IMG/VR virus record: IMGVR_UViG_3300017774_005745
Location: 96,001-160,000 of that record
Source of the DNA: a virus
DNA: 64,000 nucleotides
Strand: one strand, 5' to 3'
Translations under genes and position numbers: made by a program
The notes under the pieces: generated by a model
What the model was told of the DNA's origin: nothing
Database searches by the model: none
Seen by the model: the letters and a program-made list of their open reading frames with translations, nothing else
Shown here: one piece after another, positions 52,731-61,154 of the stretch
How the letters are laid out: every line of letters starts with the position of its first letter
How positions within the stretch are numbered: the stretch's first letter is position 1

Positions 52731-52921
52731 CCAAAGTACTCAAGAACCTCATCCGACTGCGGTCGAAGCGTATGACGCAGTCAGAGCTCGCCAGGAAGCT
52801 CGGGGTGTCTAGACAGCAGGTCTACAACATCGAGAGCGGTAGACAGGGCCACCCATCCATTCAAACCATTGAAAGGTATGCTAAAGCGGTAGGTGCTAAA
52901 ATTCTTGTGGTTCCTCGTTGA
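52727..52921 (+). CDS. XRE/Cro-type helix-turn-helix regulator (64 aa)
   Basis: MTQSELARKLGVSRQQVYNIESG...PSIQTIERYAKAVG. Confidence 0.92.
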   Translation: MTKVLKNLIRLRSKRMTQSELARKLGVSRQQVYNIESGRQGHPSIQTIERYAKAVGAKILVVPR

Positions 52922-52946
52922 CAAGTCCCCTCGTAGTACATACTGT
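52918..52946 (+). promoter_or_regulatory. Sigma70-type promoter
   Basis: TTGACA-N17-TACTGT; ATG 8 nt downstream with no SD (possibly leaderless). Confidence 0.65.
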
Positions 52947-52954
52947 GTCTGTAC

Positions 52955-53290
52955 ATGCCCACCGACGATAGAAACCCGCTCCTCATTCCAAGCGCCAAAG
53001 AACCCGTTCGTCAAAGGGGCTGTCCCGTCTGTAACTCCGATCGATTTGTCGGGAGAAATCTCGGAGGGATGATAAAGTGGACCTGCCACGCATGCGGGAA
53101 CATCTGGCACGGCGGCCTTCCACAGCAGCCAGAGGATCCGACGGTCCCAAAGGCTCCCGTCGACCCAATGGATAAGCCCGTCATGGACTTCGTGAAAGAC
53201 AAACAAGGAAATGCGGTAGAGGTTCGCAGGAGAGTGAATCTTACTCCTGAGTTTAAGAAGGGTCTTCCAATTCCAGAAGGAGAAGAATAA
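52955..53290 (+). CDS. Zn-ribbon protein
   Basis: CPVC...WTCHACG. Confidence 0.75.
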   Translation: MPTDDRNPLLIPSAKEPVRQRGCPVCNSDRFVGRNLGGMIKWTCHACGNIWHGGLPQQPEDPTVPKAPVDPMDKPVMDFVKDKQGNAVEVRRRVNLTPEFKKGLPIPEGEE

Positions 53291-54135
53291 TGACGGACGA
53301 GAAGAGAGAGACTGTTGTATTCGGTTCAAACGAAATCAGCGCAGAGCAGAAGAGTGCGTACCAGGCGAAGATTGCAGCAGCGAAGTCTGGTATCAATTCT
53401 CTGAAGGGTGTCGACCCCGTCGGAGGAGAGAAGACCTCGATGCCCGACTTCGCTAAACTTCGCGAAGCCAACTCGGCGAAGAGGTCAAACTCTCCATGGG
53501 AAGAGGGAGTCAATCCCCGTCCTCCTGGTTCTCCTATCCTGAGCCCTCATACTCAGCAGCAGCTCCAGCAGATTGCAGCAACTGCCCCTGCAGAGGCTCC
53601 GAAGAAGGAAGAGCCTGCTCCTGAGAAGGAAGAGGTGAATGTCTTTGATGCGCTCGACTTTGATGGGATGAAGAAGAACGAAGCAGAGCGTCTGCTCGAC
53701 AATAAGAAGAGACGCGAAGACATCGAGTCACGCTGTGAGCCGATGAAGTTCGAAGACCTCCTCTACAAGAATGAAGTTCGCCAACGCGTGCCTATTCTCG
53801 AAGGCAAGTTCGAGCCCCTCTTCAGGTCTTTGACTCCCTCTGAGTCTCTCTTCGTCAAGAAGTTCATTGCGGAAGAGCAGTCTGTCTCTGACCAATACTT
53901 GATGGAGAAGTACAGCCTCTGTCTTCTCACGGCAGCTCTGGTCGACATCAACAACAAGCCGCTCCCAGACCATCTGAACGCAGACGGTGACGTCGACAAG
54001 ACCCTCTTCCAGAAGAAGCTCAAGGAAGTGATGAAGAAGTCTGGCTACATCATCGCCGACTTGTCGCTGAACTACCAGTGGTTCGACATTCGCGTGAGGA
54101 AGCTCATTTCGCTCGACGGCGTAAAAAATGGCTAG
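53290..54135 (+). CDS. Putative tail assembly chaperone (gpG-like)
   Basis: Ends VKNG* over a slippery A-AAA-AAT heptamer with an overlapping -1 ORF; acidic/helical. Confidence 0.65.
   Translation: MTDEKRETVVFGSNEISAEQKSAYQAKIAAAKSGINSLKGVDPVGGEKTSMPDFAKLREANSAKRSNSPWEEGVNPRPPGSPILSPHTQQQLQQIAATAPAEAPKKEEPAPEKEEVNVFDALDFDGMKKNEAERLLDNKKRREDIESRCEPMKFEDLLYKNEVRQRVPILEGKFEPLFRSLTPSESLFVKKFIAEEQSVSDQYLMEKYSLCLLTAALVDINNKPLPDHLNADGDVDKTLFQKKLKEVMKKSGYIIADLSLNYQWFDIRVRKLISLDGVKNG
54123..54129 (+). other. Programmed -1 ribosomal frameshift site (A AAA AAT)
   Basis: X-XXY-YYZ heptamer in the correct frame. The -1 frame is open to 54563 and lacks its own RBS. Confidence 0.7.
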
Positions 54136-54563
54136 AGTCCGCAGAGGGTTGGGTAAAGGCTAACCTCCTCTACGACTTCGCTCTTAGTTCAGGTCGCCTT
54201 CCCTCTCCGGACTCCATCAGAGAAGCACTGTTCATCTCAGTTTGGTGGAGACGACAGGAAATAGAAGCATCAAAGCTAAGAGTCCTTGCCCAAGGCCTTG
54301 CAGCTATCTCAGACGCAGGTAATCACCAGGTCATCTCTGAAGCGTACAAAGCAGCCATCGAGTCACTCTTTCCTCACACAGCCAAAGCAGCAGAGCCGAA
54401 AGACAGAGCGTTGCTCGACAAGATGGAGAAGGAAGTCAAACAAGGTCCTCTGTTCTTTGCGCCCATCTCGATGTCTTCAGCAAAGGCCTCAATCAAGAAG
54501 ATGAACGTTCCAGACGACTTCAAAAAGAAGCTCAACGAGAAGTCAAAGAAGAGAAATAAATGA
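54123..54563 (+). CDS. Frameshift extension (gpT-like) of the tail assembly chaperone
   Basis: -1 frame KKWLESAEGWVKANLLYDF...; no credible independent start. Confidence 0.6.
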   Translation, partial: KKWLESAEGWVKANLLYDFALSSGRLPSPDSIREALFISVWWRRQEIEASKLRVLAQGLAAISDAGNHQVISEAYKAAIESLFPHTAKAAEPKDRALLDKMEKEVKQGPLFFAPISMSSAKASIKKMNVPDDFKKKLNEKSKKRNK

Positions 54564-54922
54564 ACCTTCAACTAAAGAGTTTCTCACAGGATGTTGACCT
54601 CGCCGAACCGGACAAGATTCTGTACTACCTTGTCTTCCAGACTGAGTCCGGGAACGCGATTCGTCTTCCTGTGCAGAAAGAGACCACTGAAGAGCTAATC
54701 CGATTGGTCTACAAGAAGAAGATTGCTGCTGCAGAGGAACCGTCTCCAGAGCCTGAGGCAGTTCCCGAGGAACCTCGCGAAGAGACGGATGAGGAGTATG
54801 ACGACGACATGGCGTTCGATGAGAATGGCGACCCCATCGAAGCTGCGAGCGTCTTCCAGGACGAGGCCCCTTACGAGGAGCAGGAAACTCCAGAATCAGA
54901 GGAAGAGGTTCCTTCTCTATGA
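54560..54922 (+). CDS. Acidic hypothetical protein
   Basis: E/D-rich C-terminal half. Confidence 0.75.
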   Translation: MNLQLKSFSQDVDLAEPDKILYYLVFQTESGNAIRLPVQKETTEELIRLVYKKKIAAAEEPSPEPEAVPEEPREETDEEYDDDMAFDENGDPIEAASVFQDEAPYEEQETPESEEEVPSL

Positions 54923-55368
54923 TGATTCGGTCACTCTGTAACTCCTGCATGCAGCCATTTGAAATCTCAGTAGAGGTAGCTGAGGTTTCTTTGGTGAAGG
55001 AGATTACGGATGACGCGGGCCTGTTCTGTCCATGCCCAAGGCTTTGCGGCGGGAAGATTAACCTCGTAGGCGACGCAACCATCGAGGAGATGTCCAAAGA
55101 TAGACGCCTCAAAGACCCGATGCGTATCTCTGGACGAGAGTTGTACCGTGCCGTAAATGGGTTAGGTCTTCCAGATGAGTTTCCGAACTCTACAGAAGTT
55201 ATCTCATCTTTCATTCAGGGCGGAGTTGAAGAAGTAGACATCGAGGAGTTTCAGGGAAAGTTCTTCATACACGAACTGAAACTCAAGAACGGAAGCGTAC
55301 TTCATTTAGGCGCTGGTCTGAAAGGCGCTCAGGTTTTGAAGATTACCCGAGGTTCCCATGGCAGATGA
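54919..55368 (+). CDS. Zn-binding hypothetical protein
   Basis: CNSC...CPCPRLC. Confidence 0.75.
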   Translation: MMIRSLCNSCMQPFEISVEVAEVSLVKEITDDAGLFCPCPRLCGGKINLVGDATIEEMSKDRRLKDPMRISGRELYRAVNGLGLPDEFPNSTEVISSFIQGGVEEVDIEEFQGKFFIHELKLKNGSVLHLGAGLKGAQVLKITRGSHGR

Positions 55369-55702
55369 CGTTCTTGCAGAGGCTCTTGCTCGCGTAGAGT
55401 TCAAGGTAGACCTCTTGATGAAGCACCTGCAGGTCAAGACGCCGCTGCCGATGGCATTCGGTGGGCACACCTGCCCGGCATGCAACACCCCCGTAGAGTA
55501 TCAAATCGACGTCATGAAACAGGTCGTTACTCGAAAGTGTGCCTGCACTACAGGCAAAATCGTATTCAGCATCTCCTTCCCACAGCCTGGAGAATCAAAT
55601 GGCGGAAAAGAAAACAGCACAGGGTCTCCCAACATCGAGGGAGCTCTCAAAGACTTCGAATACATCCTTGGAAATGACAACAAGAAAGGTAAAGGCGGCT
55701 AA
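55358..55702 (+). CDS. Zn-ribbon hypothetical protein
   Basis: CPAC...CAC. Confidence 0.65.
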   Translation: MADDVLAEALARVEFKVDLLMKHLQVKTPLPMAFGGHTCPACNTPVEYQIDVMKQVVTRKCACTTGKIVFSISFPQPGESNGGKENSTGSPNIEGALKDFEYILGNDNKKGKGG

Positions 55703-55868
55703 GTTCGTCAATGTTGCCATGGTTCAATGGATTGATGACGATGGGGTTGAGCACGTGAGTCTCGCAGTGGTTGGAGACAACAACGTCCAACTCATCAACC
55801 CCCAGGTCGTTGGAATGGCGGGCTCGTGGTTGAAGACGGGTATCTTCGAGAAACTGAAGGGTGAGTAA
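55599..55868 (+). CDS. Hypothetical protein
   Basis: GGAG RBS before the ATG at 55599. Confidence 0.65.
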   Translation: MAEKKTAQGLPTSRELSKTSNTSLEMTTRKVKAAKFVNVAMVQWIDDDGVEHVSLAVVGDNNVQLINPQVVGMAGSWLKTGIFEKLKGE

Positions 55869-56246
55869 ATGGACATCACGAAACTGAAGCCTCGCCGAGA
55901 TTGGACCCTCGTTCTTGCTGACCCGAGAAGAGTAGCAACGCAGGGCGGTATCTTCCTCCCCGGTCATGAGACCGGCGTTGAGAAGGTCACAGAAGGTGCT
56001 GGCCTCATCATCGCCGTCGGCCCCGGCGAGAAGAACGCAGGTCTCAAGATTGAGAAGGGTGACCGTATCCTCTATCGAGCGTTTCTGAAGCACGCGAATC
56101 GGATGGAGACGGACGAGGTATGGGAGAATGGGGAAGCAAAGTGCTACTTCCTGATGAACTCTGATGATATACTCGGAGTGATGGCTCCAGGAGTTGACGT
56201 TGGTGTATTTTCCGGACGCCCGGAAAATCGAACGGAAGGAAGATAA
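55869..56246 (+). CDS. groES: GroES-like co-chaperonin
   Basis: LKPRRD.TLV, TQGGIFLP mobile loop, IIAVGPG, KGDRILY, DDILGV. Confidence 0.92.
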   Translation: MDITKLKPRRDWTLVLADPRRVATQGGIFLPGHETGVEKVTEGAGLIIAVGPGEKNAGLKIEKGDRILYRAFLKHANRMETDEVWENGEAKCYFLMNSDDILGVMAPGVDVGVFSGRPENRTEGR

Positions 56247-56248
56247 CC

Positions 56249-56692
56249 ATGGCTTGGATTGTGCTCGACCTCGATAACACTCTTGTCCAGAAGCAGCAGG
56301 ACCCAAACACCGGCATGGATGTGACTTCCCTCGTCGATGGCTCTGTAGAGGCAATGCAGCAACTCGCCTCGGAAGGTCATCGACTCACTGTCCACACTTC
56401 GCGCTTCGCTCCAATGCCGGACGCACGAAGGAACCAACTCAGAGAAGAGATTCACGCTGAGCTTACTGGCTTTGGATTTCCTGAGATGGAAGTCTGGACT
56501 GGAACAACCAAGCCCGACGCTGACATCTTCATTGGCGGCAATAACGTCTCATTCGAAGGGGATTGGGGAATGGCTCTCGCCCATACTCAGTCCATGCTCG
56601 AAGCCCGTGGCTTGGTCGAGATTCCGATGGACGACGGGATGATGCCTGAAGAAGGGTATCCCGAAGAAGTTCCTCAGGAGGAGATTCAATGA
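56249..56692 (+). CDS. HAD-superfamily fold protein (motif IV degenerate)
   Basis: VLDLDNTL motif I, HTSR motif II, TKP motif III; ADIFIGGN where IDD is expected. Confidence 0.75.
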   Translation: MAWIVLDLDNTLVQKQQDPNTGMDVTSLVDGSVEAMQQLASEGHRLTVHTSRFAPMPDARRNQLREEIHAELTGFGFPEMEVWTGTTKPDADIFIGGNNVSFEGDWGMALAHTQSMLEARGLVEIPMDDGMMPEEGYPEEVPQEEIQ

Positions 56693-57249
56693 ACTCGACG
56701 ATGATGAACCCCAAGGCGTGGGTTGAGGTTGTTCCTGATTACATCAACAACGAAGGCCAGCGGTCCGCAGCGAACTACCTCAAGGCAGCTCAGCAATTCG
56801 AAGTCGAGACGAACCCTCGCTACGTGAAGGGTCACGACAATGACCCGAAGAACGGAGAAGAGACGTACTGCAACATCTACCTCTGGGATGTGACCAAGGC
56901 GATGGGTGTTGAAGTGCCTCACTGGGTTGACCTCGCCACTGGGGTGGAAGTCCCTATGGGGAAGGGAAAGGAGCTGAGCGCCAATGGCGTCGTTGACTGG
57001 TTCACTACTCACGGAATGGCGCACCAGTGGATGCAATGCTCGAAGATGAAAGCAATGCTCCGTGCTTCCATTGGGTATCCTTCTGTCGTTCTTTGGAAGA
57101 ATCCAGGCGCTATCGGACACGTGGCAATGGTTCTCCCAGGAGTGGACTTCACTCACATTGCTCAGGCAGGCAGCGTGAACTTCTTTGACGGAGACTTGAA
57201 GAGAGGCTTTGGGAGTGCCGGTCCCTTGCTCTTCTTCACGCACGACTAA
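56689..57249 (+). CDS. CHAP/NlpC-P60-like Cys-His amidase (candidate peptidoglycan hydrolase)
   Basis: TYCNIY.WD (Cys), ELSAN...W, IGHVAMV (His), IAQAG. Confidence 0.65.
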   Translation: MNSTMMNPKAWVEVVPDYINNEGQRSAANYLKAAQQFEVETNPRYVKGHDNDPKNGEETYCNIYLWDVTKAMGVEVPHWVDLATGVEVPMGKGKELSANGVVDWFTTHGMAHQWMQCSKMKAMLRASIGYPSVVLWKNPGAIGHVAMVLPGVDFTHIAQAGSVNFFDGDLKRGFGSAGPLLFFTHD

Positions 57250-57392
57250 TGAACGAGAGAGCGCGTCTGAACGTCAGAATCCCCGCTGACCTTCTTGAGT
57301 GGGCAAAGAAGTACGCCAAGAAAAAGAATACGACCGTCACTCAACTACTCATTGATTTCTTGACGAGAGAACGAGAGGCGTCCAATGGCTAA
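57249..57392 (+). CDS. 47 aa ribbon-helix-helix protein
   Basis: RLNVRIPADLLEWAKKYAKKKNTTVTQLLIDFL; TAATG-coupled; below the track cutoff. Confidence 0.8.
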   Translation: MNERARLNVRIPADLLEWAKKYAKKKNTTVTQLLIDFLTREREASNG

Positions 57393-57936
57393 CCCTCCCT
57401 CCATTGGAGACTCGAAGACGAAGTTTCAACGTATTCGACAGATGTACGACTTGCCGACGGATAGAGAGTCAATCGTAAAGAGAGTCCAGTCCATCCTGGA
57501 ACTGGGAGGGGTTCAGAAACTCTCCATCGAACTCGGCCATCCGATTCAAGTTGAGCGGTTGATAAAGCCAGGAGCAGAGACACCTCAAGAGCTTCCAGAA
57601 GAGTCTGAGTTTGCCCGTGCGATGAGCTCTGAGATTACGGACCTTCCTGTCGATGGGTTGGATCCCTTCACGTATCTCTTCAGTGCGTTTCAGACTATCT
57701 CCGCCAAGCAGATGAGAGCAGTTGTCTTCCTGGTCGCGGATACGAATGTCGTCAAGAAGTGGTTGTCCTTGCCGAGCATGGTCGTTCTGACGGAGTTGTT
57801 CGGTGTTCGAGTACACGTAGAATCACAAGTCCCACGTGATGTAATCCTCATGGTCGCAGAAGAGTTAGACACAGACTCGCCGAGTACCTTGTCAGTTCGA
57901 CTCGTAATGGATGATGTAAAAGGAAAGAAGAAATGA
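57385..57936 (+). CDS. Hypothetical protein
   Basis: Co-oriented, coupled. Confidence 0.75.
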   Translation: MANPPSIGDSKTKFQRIRQMYDLPTDRESIVKRVQSILELGGVQKLSIELGHPIQVERLIKPGAETPQELPEESEFARAMSSEITDLPVDGLDPFTYLFSAFQTISAKQMRAVVFLVADTNVVKKWLSLPSMVVLTELFGVRVHVESQVPRDVILMVAEELDTDSPSTLSVRLVMDDVKGKKK

Positions 57937-58466
57937 AACCAATCGTCGAGAAGATTCTAAAGAGCGGGCTCGTTGATAAGGGAATGGTCGAGCTTCTGGA
58001 GAAGTGGGGAAACCTCCCGAACGGTTCATCAGACTTGGTCGACAACGATGCTCTGGTGAATGCGACCCGAGTTCAGCTTCAGAAGATGGCTCAGGAGTTC
58101 GGAGACGCAGTATCAGACCTTCAGTTGATTCGAGAGACTCAGCTGGACCTCGACCGTCTCCGCTGGCCTACGAAGGTCACGATTCAGGAGAAGAACGTCT
58201 TCGACATCCCTGCAGTAATGGACCGAATGGGTCGTCTCTACTTTCGAATTCAAGACGTGAGAGAGGACTGGTTTGTTCCTGGTTACCTCATCACTCGAAA
58301 GCAATTCAAGCCAGAAGAGGGCCTTGAGATGCTCGTTTGGGAGCGGATCCTCGAATCAACCGTACTGTTTACTGGTGAGAGCAAGATCGCAGTTCAAGTG
58401 ACCGTTGCCCCGTCGGAGTTGGTTGAGACTTCCTTGCCTAAGGAGAACGACAATGGCTCAGTGTGA
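57933..58466 (+). CDS. Hypothetical protein
   Basis: ATGA-coupled. Confidence 0.75.
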   Translation: MKPIVEKILKSGLVDKGMVELLEKWGNLPNGSSDLVDNDALVNATRVQLQKMAQEFGDAVSDLQLIRETQLDLDRLRWPTKVTIQEKNVFDIPAVMDRMGRLYFRIQDVREDWFVPGYLITRKQFKPEEGLEMLVWERILESTVLFTGESKIAVQVTVAPSELVETSLPKENDNGSV

Positions 58467-58770
58467 GAACTGTGGCTCCAAGGGCCATGACATGCGGGAC
58501 ATGGCCTCTGACGCCGAGAAGAAGATGTTCATCGGCCCTTGCTGTGTGAGTGCGAACAGCGCTCAGATGTTCGAGAAGTCAGAACTGCACTATGGATTGG
58601 AGATTTCGTCTCACATGGGCGTTCGGGCGTATGCTACGTACAACGGACTTTCCGTTGAGTTCAAGAAGAGCAAAGAGGAGATTCAAACATGGCTCCAAGA
58701 GACGAAAGAGGAAGTCCAGCCGAATCCAGTGGAGAGCCAGACGAGCAGCGAGAGCCAGATCCGGAATTGA
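58453..58770 (+). CDS. Hypothetical protein
   Basis: AAGGAG RBS; CENC...CC. Confidence 0.7.
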   Translation: MAQCENCGSKGHDMRDMASDAEKKMFIGPCCVSANSAQMFEKSELHYGLEISSHMGVRAYATYNGLSVEFKKSKEEIQTWLQETKEEVQPNPVESQTSSESQIRN

Positions 58771-58928
58771 TATCTCCAGAAGACCTCTCCTCTGCCCCGA
58801 AGGACAGCCTCCTTCAAGAGCTTCTGGGATTCAACACTTCAGACATCGAGACAAACTCCCCAACATGGGCGTCGGTATTTCGAAACGAGCAAAAAGATGA
58901 ACCTGAGCCAGACGGAAGTTCGAGCTGA
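58689..58928 (+). CDS. Acidic hypothetical protein (uncertain)
   Basis: GAGGAG RBS; overlaps its neighbours. Confidence 0.45.
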   Translation: MAPRDERGSPAESSGEPDEQREPDPELISPEDLSSAPKDSLLQELLGFNTSDIETNSPTWASVFRNEQKDEPEPDGSSS

Positions 58929-59187
58929 GATTGCGGAGAAGTCTCGCGACCTGGAGGTGTTCGTAGAGGCGCGGAGACTGATTCGACAGAGAGTAATCGA
59001 AGTCTCGGATTCAGAGAGTAGCCTTACTCCGTTGGTACGTTGGTCCGGAACAGATGCAGTGCTTGGTACGCTCGACCTGTGCATCCACTCAATGGAACGC
59101 ACCATCGAAGAGTTGAAGGGTATTCTATCGCGTCTTGACTCCGAGACCCCTTTCTTGAGGCTTGTTGGGAATGAAGAAAAAAACTGA
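58897..59187 (+). CDS. Helical hypothetical protein
   Basis: Co-oriented. Confidence 0.7.
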   Translation: MNLSQTEVRAEIAEKSRDLEVFVEARRLIRQRVIEVSDSESSLTPLVRWSGTDAVLGTLDLCIHSMERTIEELKGILSRLDSETPFLRLVGNEEKN

Positions 59188-59710
59188 AGAAGAAGTCGCA
59201 GAGGCACTCCGACAGTCTCAGATGGTGGAGCCAGTGTCTTCTGATAGGACCTGGTCTGGGTGGGCCTTCTTGTGCAGGCTACTGCCCGGCCAGGAGAAGA
59301 ACTGGCTGAAGACCGTTGAGAACATTCTCCGTTGGGCATCGAAGAGAGACCATACGGAGCTCTTCATTGCTCGACAGTACCTTCTCAAGAACGACAAGGT
59401 CGTGTTCGGTTGGTTCGTAGAGCTGAAAGTCAAGAACGCGAAGGAATTGAAGGAAGCGTCAGACGGCTTCTGCGCTCTACTGAAGCGTTCGGAGAAGGTC
59501 GAGGTTCCGAAGAGGAAGCCATCAGCGAATAGCCCTCGACTGACTGTAGTGAGCTCGTCCAAGGACTCAAAAGGTAATGTGGTCGAAGAAGTAACGATGC
59601 CTTTGCCTAACATGAGCGGTAAAGATATGAACGTTCCTTCCAAGCCTATCTGGAACGAGAATCTCGGAAGATTCGTTGGCGGACAAAAAGGTGCGAAAGG
59701 TATTTCATGA
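59171..59710 (+). CDS. Hypothetical protein
   Basis: GAGG RBS before the ATG at 59171. Confidence 0.7.
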   Translation: MKKKTEEEVAEALRQSQMVEPVSSDRTWSGWAFLCRLLPGQEKNWLKTVENILRWASKRDHTELFIARQYLLKNDKVVFGWFVELKVKNAKELKEASDGFCALLKRSEKVEVPKRKPSANSPRLTVVSSSKDSKGNVVEEVTMPLPNMSGKDMNVPSKPIWNENLGRFVGGQKGAKGIS

Positions 59711-60372
59711 AGCCGACAAGCTTTGACCCATCTATCTCGGAGTCTCACGTTGACTTCGACAAGCTCTCAGACCCTCGCGTCCGTGAGGCTACTGAACGAG
59801 CCCGTAAGACGCAGGATTCGTCCCCAGATGCGCTTGAGAAACGTCTCGGATCCACTCCAGAGATTCGAGCGAAGTACAAGATTGAGGTGATGTTCGACCA
59901 GCATCGAACCTCTGTCGGTCCCAACCTCCTGGGTCTCCAGATTTGGGAGAGCGGGAAGAAGTTCCATGGAGGAGGAGATGAGCTTCTCTATTGGTGCATG
60001 GACACAGAGTCCAACCAAGGGTGCAAGCAGCCCATTCCTGGGAACTTCGTCAAGGGACCTGTAGGAGTCTGTCCCTCGTGCAACAAGGGAATCCTGATGG
60101 AGCGTGCCGCCCACATTCGAGTCCTACGAGTGACTACAAAGGTCCTTGCAGATGAGATTGTGAACGTGTTCCGCTCTCTCAACTCTAACGCAGACATCTA
60201 TCTCAAGTACGCGAAAACGGATGCCCACTACATGGCAATGGCGCGTTCAAAGGGTCCAGATGTAGCGAGGCGTTTGAAGGGTATGCACATCTATCCTCTT
60301 AAGAATATCTTGAAGGATACGTCTTCCGGTGCAGACCTTTCTAACCGTTTCTACGCCTTCTTGACTTCGTGA
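59707..60372 (+). CDS. Conserved hypothetical protein with a Zn ribbon
   Basis: WC...GC...CPSC; ADIYLKY...D. Confidence 0.75.
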   Translation: MKPTSFDPSISESHVDFDKLSDPRVREATERARKTQDSSPDALEKRLGSTPEIRAKYKIEVMFDQHRTSVGPNLLGLQIWESGKKFHGGGDELLYWCMDTESNQGCKQPIPGNFVKGPVGVCPSCNKGILMERAAHIRVLRVTTKVLADEIVNVFRSLNSNADIYLKYAKTDAHYMAMARSKGPDVARRLKGMHIYPLKNILKDTSSGADLSNRFYAFLTS

Positions 60373-60376
60373 CGCC

Positions 60377-61153
60377 ATGCTTCAACCGCTACTCCCATCT
60401 TTCCTCAGCGAGCTTGAGAAGATTGCGGCTGACGGAGATTTGGTTCTGTATCATGGGACCAAGCCCTCCCTCATTCCCAAAATTCTGAAGGAGGGTCTAA
60501 ATCCAGAGATGATGGGCACTGGATGGGAAGGAGCCCCTACCGAAAGGGAAGGTAAGGCAACGTCTCTATCCTCTCTTAGGCACCACGCTGCTGCCTACTC
60601 TGGTCTCGGAGCAAGGTCGGATGGGACAGGCTTCTTGAGCAGCCTCTTCGGTAAGCATCCTGTGTTGGAGATTAGAATTCCGAAGAACTCCGTGCTTCTG
60701 AAAACAATTAAGCAACAGATAGCAGGAGATGGGAGAGGTGGCTTCGACGAATGGCACTCGTCGAAGGTGATACCACCCAGATTCATTAAGAAGCTGTCTT
60801 CGGTGCAAGAGCGTCCCGAGTTCCCGAAGTCTGTCCGTGAGAGATTCTCGATAACCAGTTGGGGTGACTTCGAAGAAGCACTCAAGCGTCCTGCATTTCA
60901 GAGGAAGGCTCTCGCCTCTACCGAAGACCCAAGGCTGAAGTCGTACATCGAGAATCTCTCCCTCCTGCACAATTCAAAACAGACGAAAGCCACCATCGGC
61001 AGTTTCGCGAATCCCGCGAAGGAGTTTGAAATCAAGAAACTCCGGAACGGTCGATTCGGGTGCTCGTGTAACGACTGGAGATACGTTCGGTCGGTTAACG
61101 GGACAGACTGCAAGCACATCAAGAGATACAAAGAACACGTAGGAGCAACGTGA
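60377..61153 (+). CDS. ADP-ribosyltransferase-fold protein fused to a SWIM Zn finger, with the N-terminal F-x-S-E-L-x-K-I-A motif
   Basis: LYHGT....IPKILKEGL, TSLS...AAAY, PVLEIRIP, FDEW...VIPPRFI (H-Y-E/Tpt1-like ART core); CSCNDW...CKHI (SWIM). Confidence 0.75.
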   Translation: MLQPLLPSFLSELEKIAADGDLVLYHGTKPSLIPKILKEGLNPEMMGTGWEGAPTEREGKATSLSSLRHHAAAYSGLGARSDGTGFLSSLFGKHPVLEIRIPKNSVLLKTIKQQIAGDGRGGFDEWHSSKVIPPRFIKKLSSVQERPEFPKSVRERFSITSWGDFEEALKRPAFQRKALASTEDPRLKSYIENLSLLHNSKQTKATIGSFANPAKEFEIKKLRNGRFGCSCNDWRYVRSVNGTDCKHIKRYKEHVGAT

Positions 61154-61154
61154 C

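Noticed and set aside
53368-53385. AKIAAA in the tail chaperone as another copy of the KIA tag
   Set aside because: Lacks the F-x-[DS]-E-L part of the motif.
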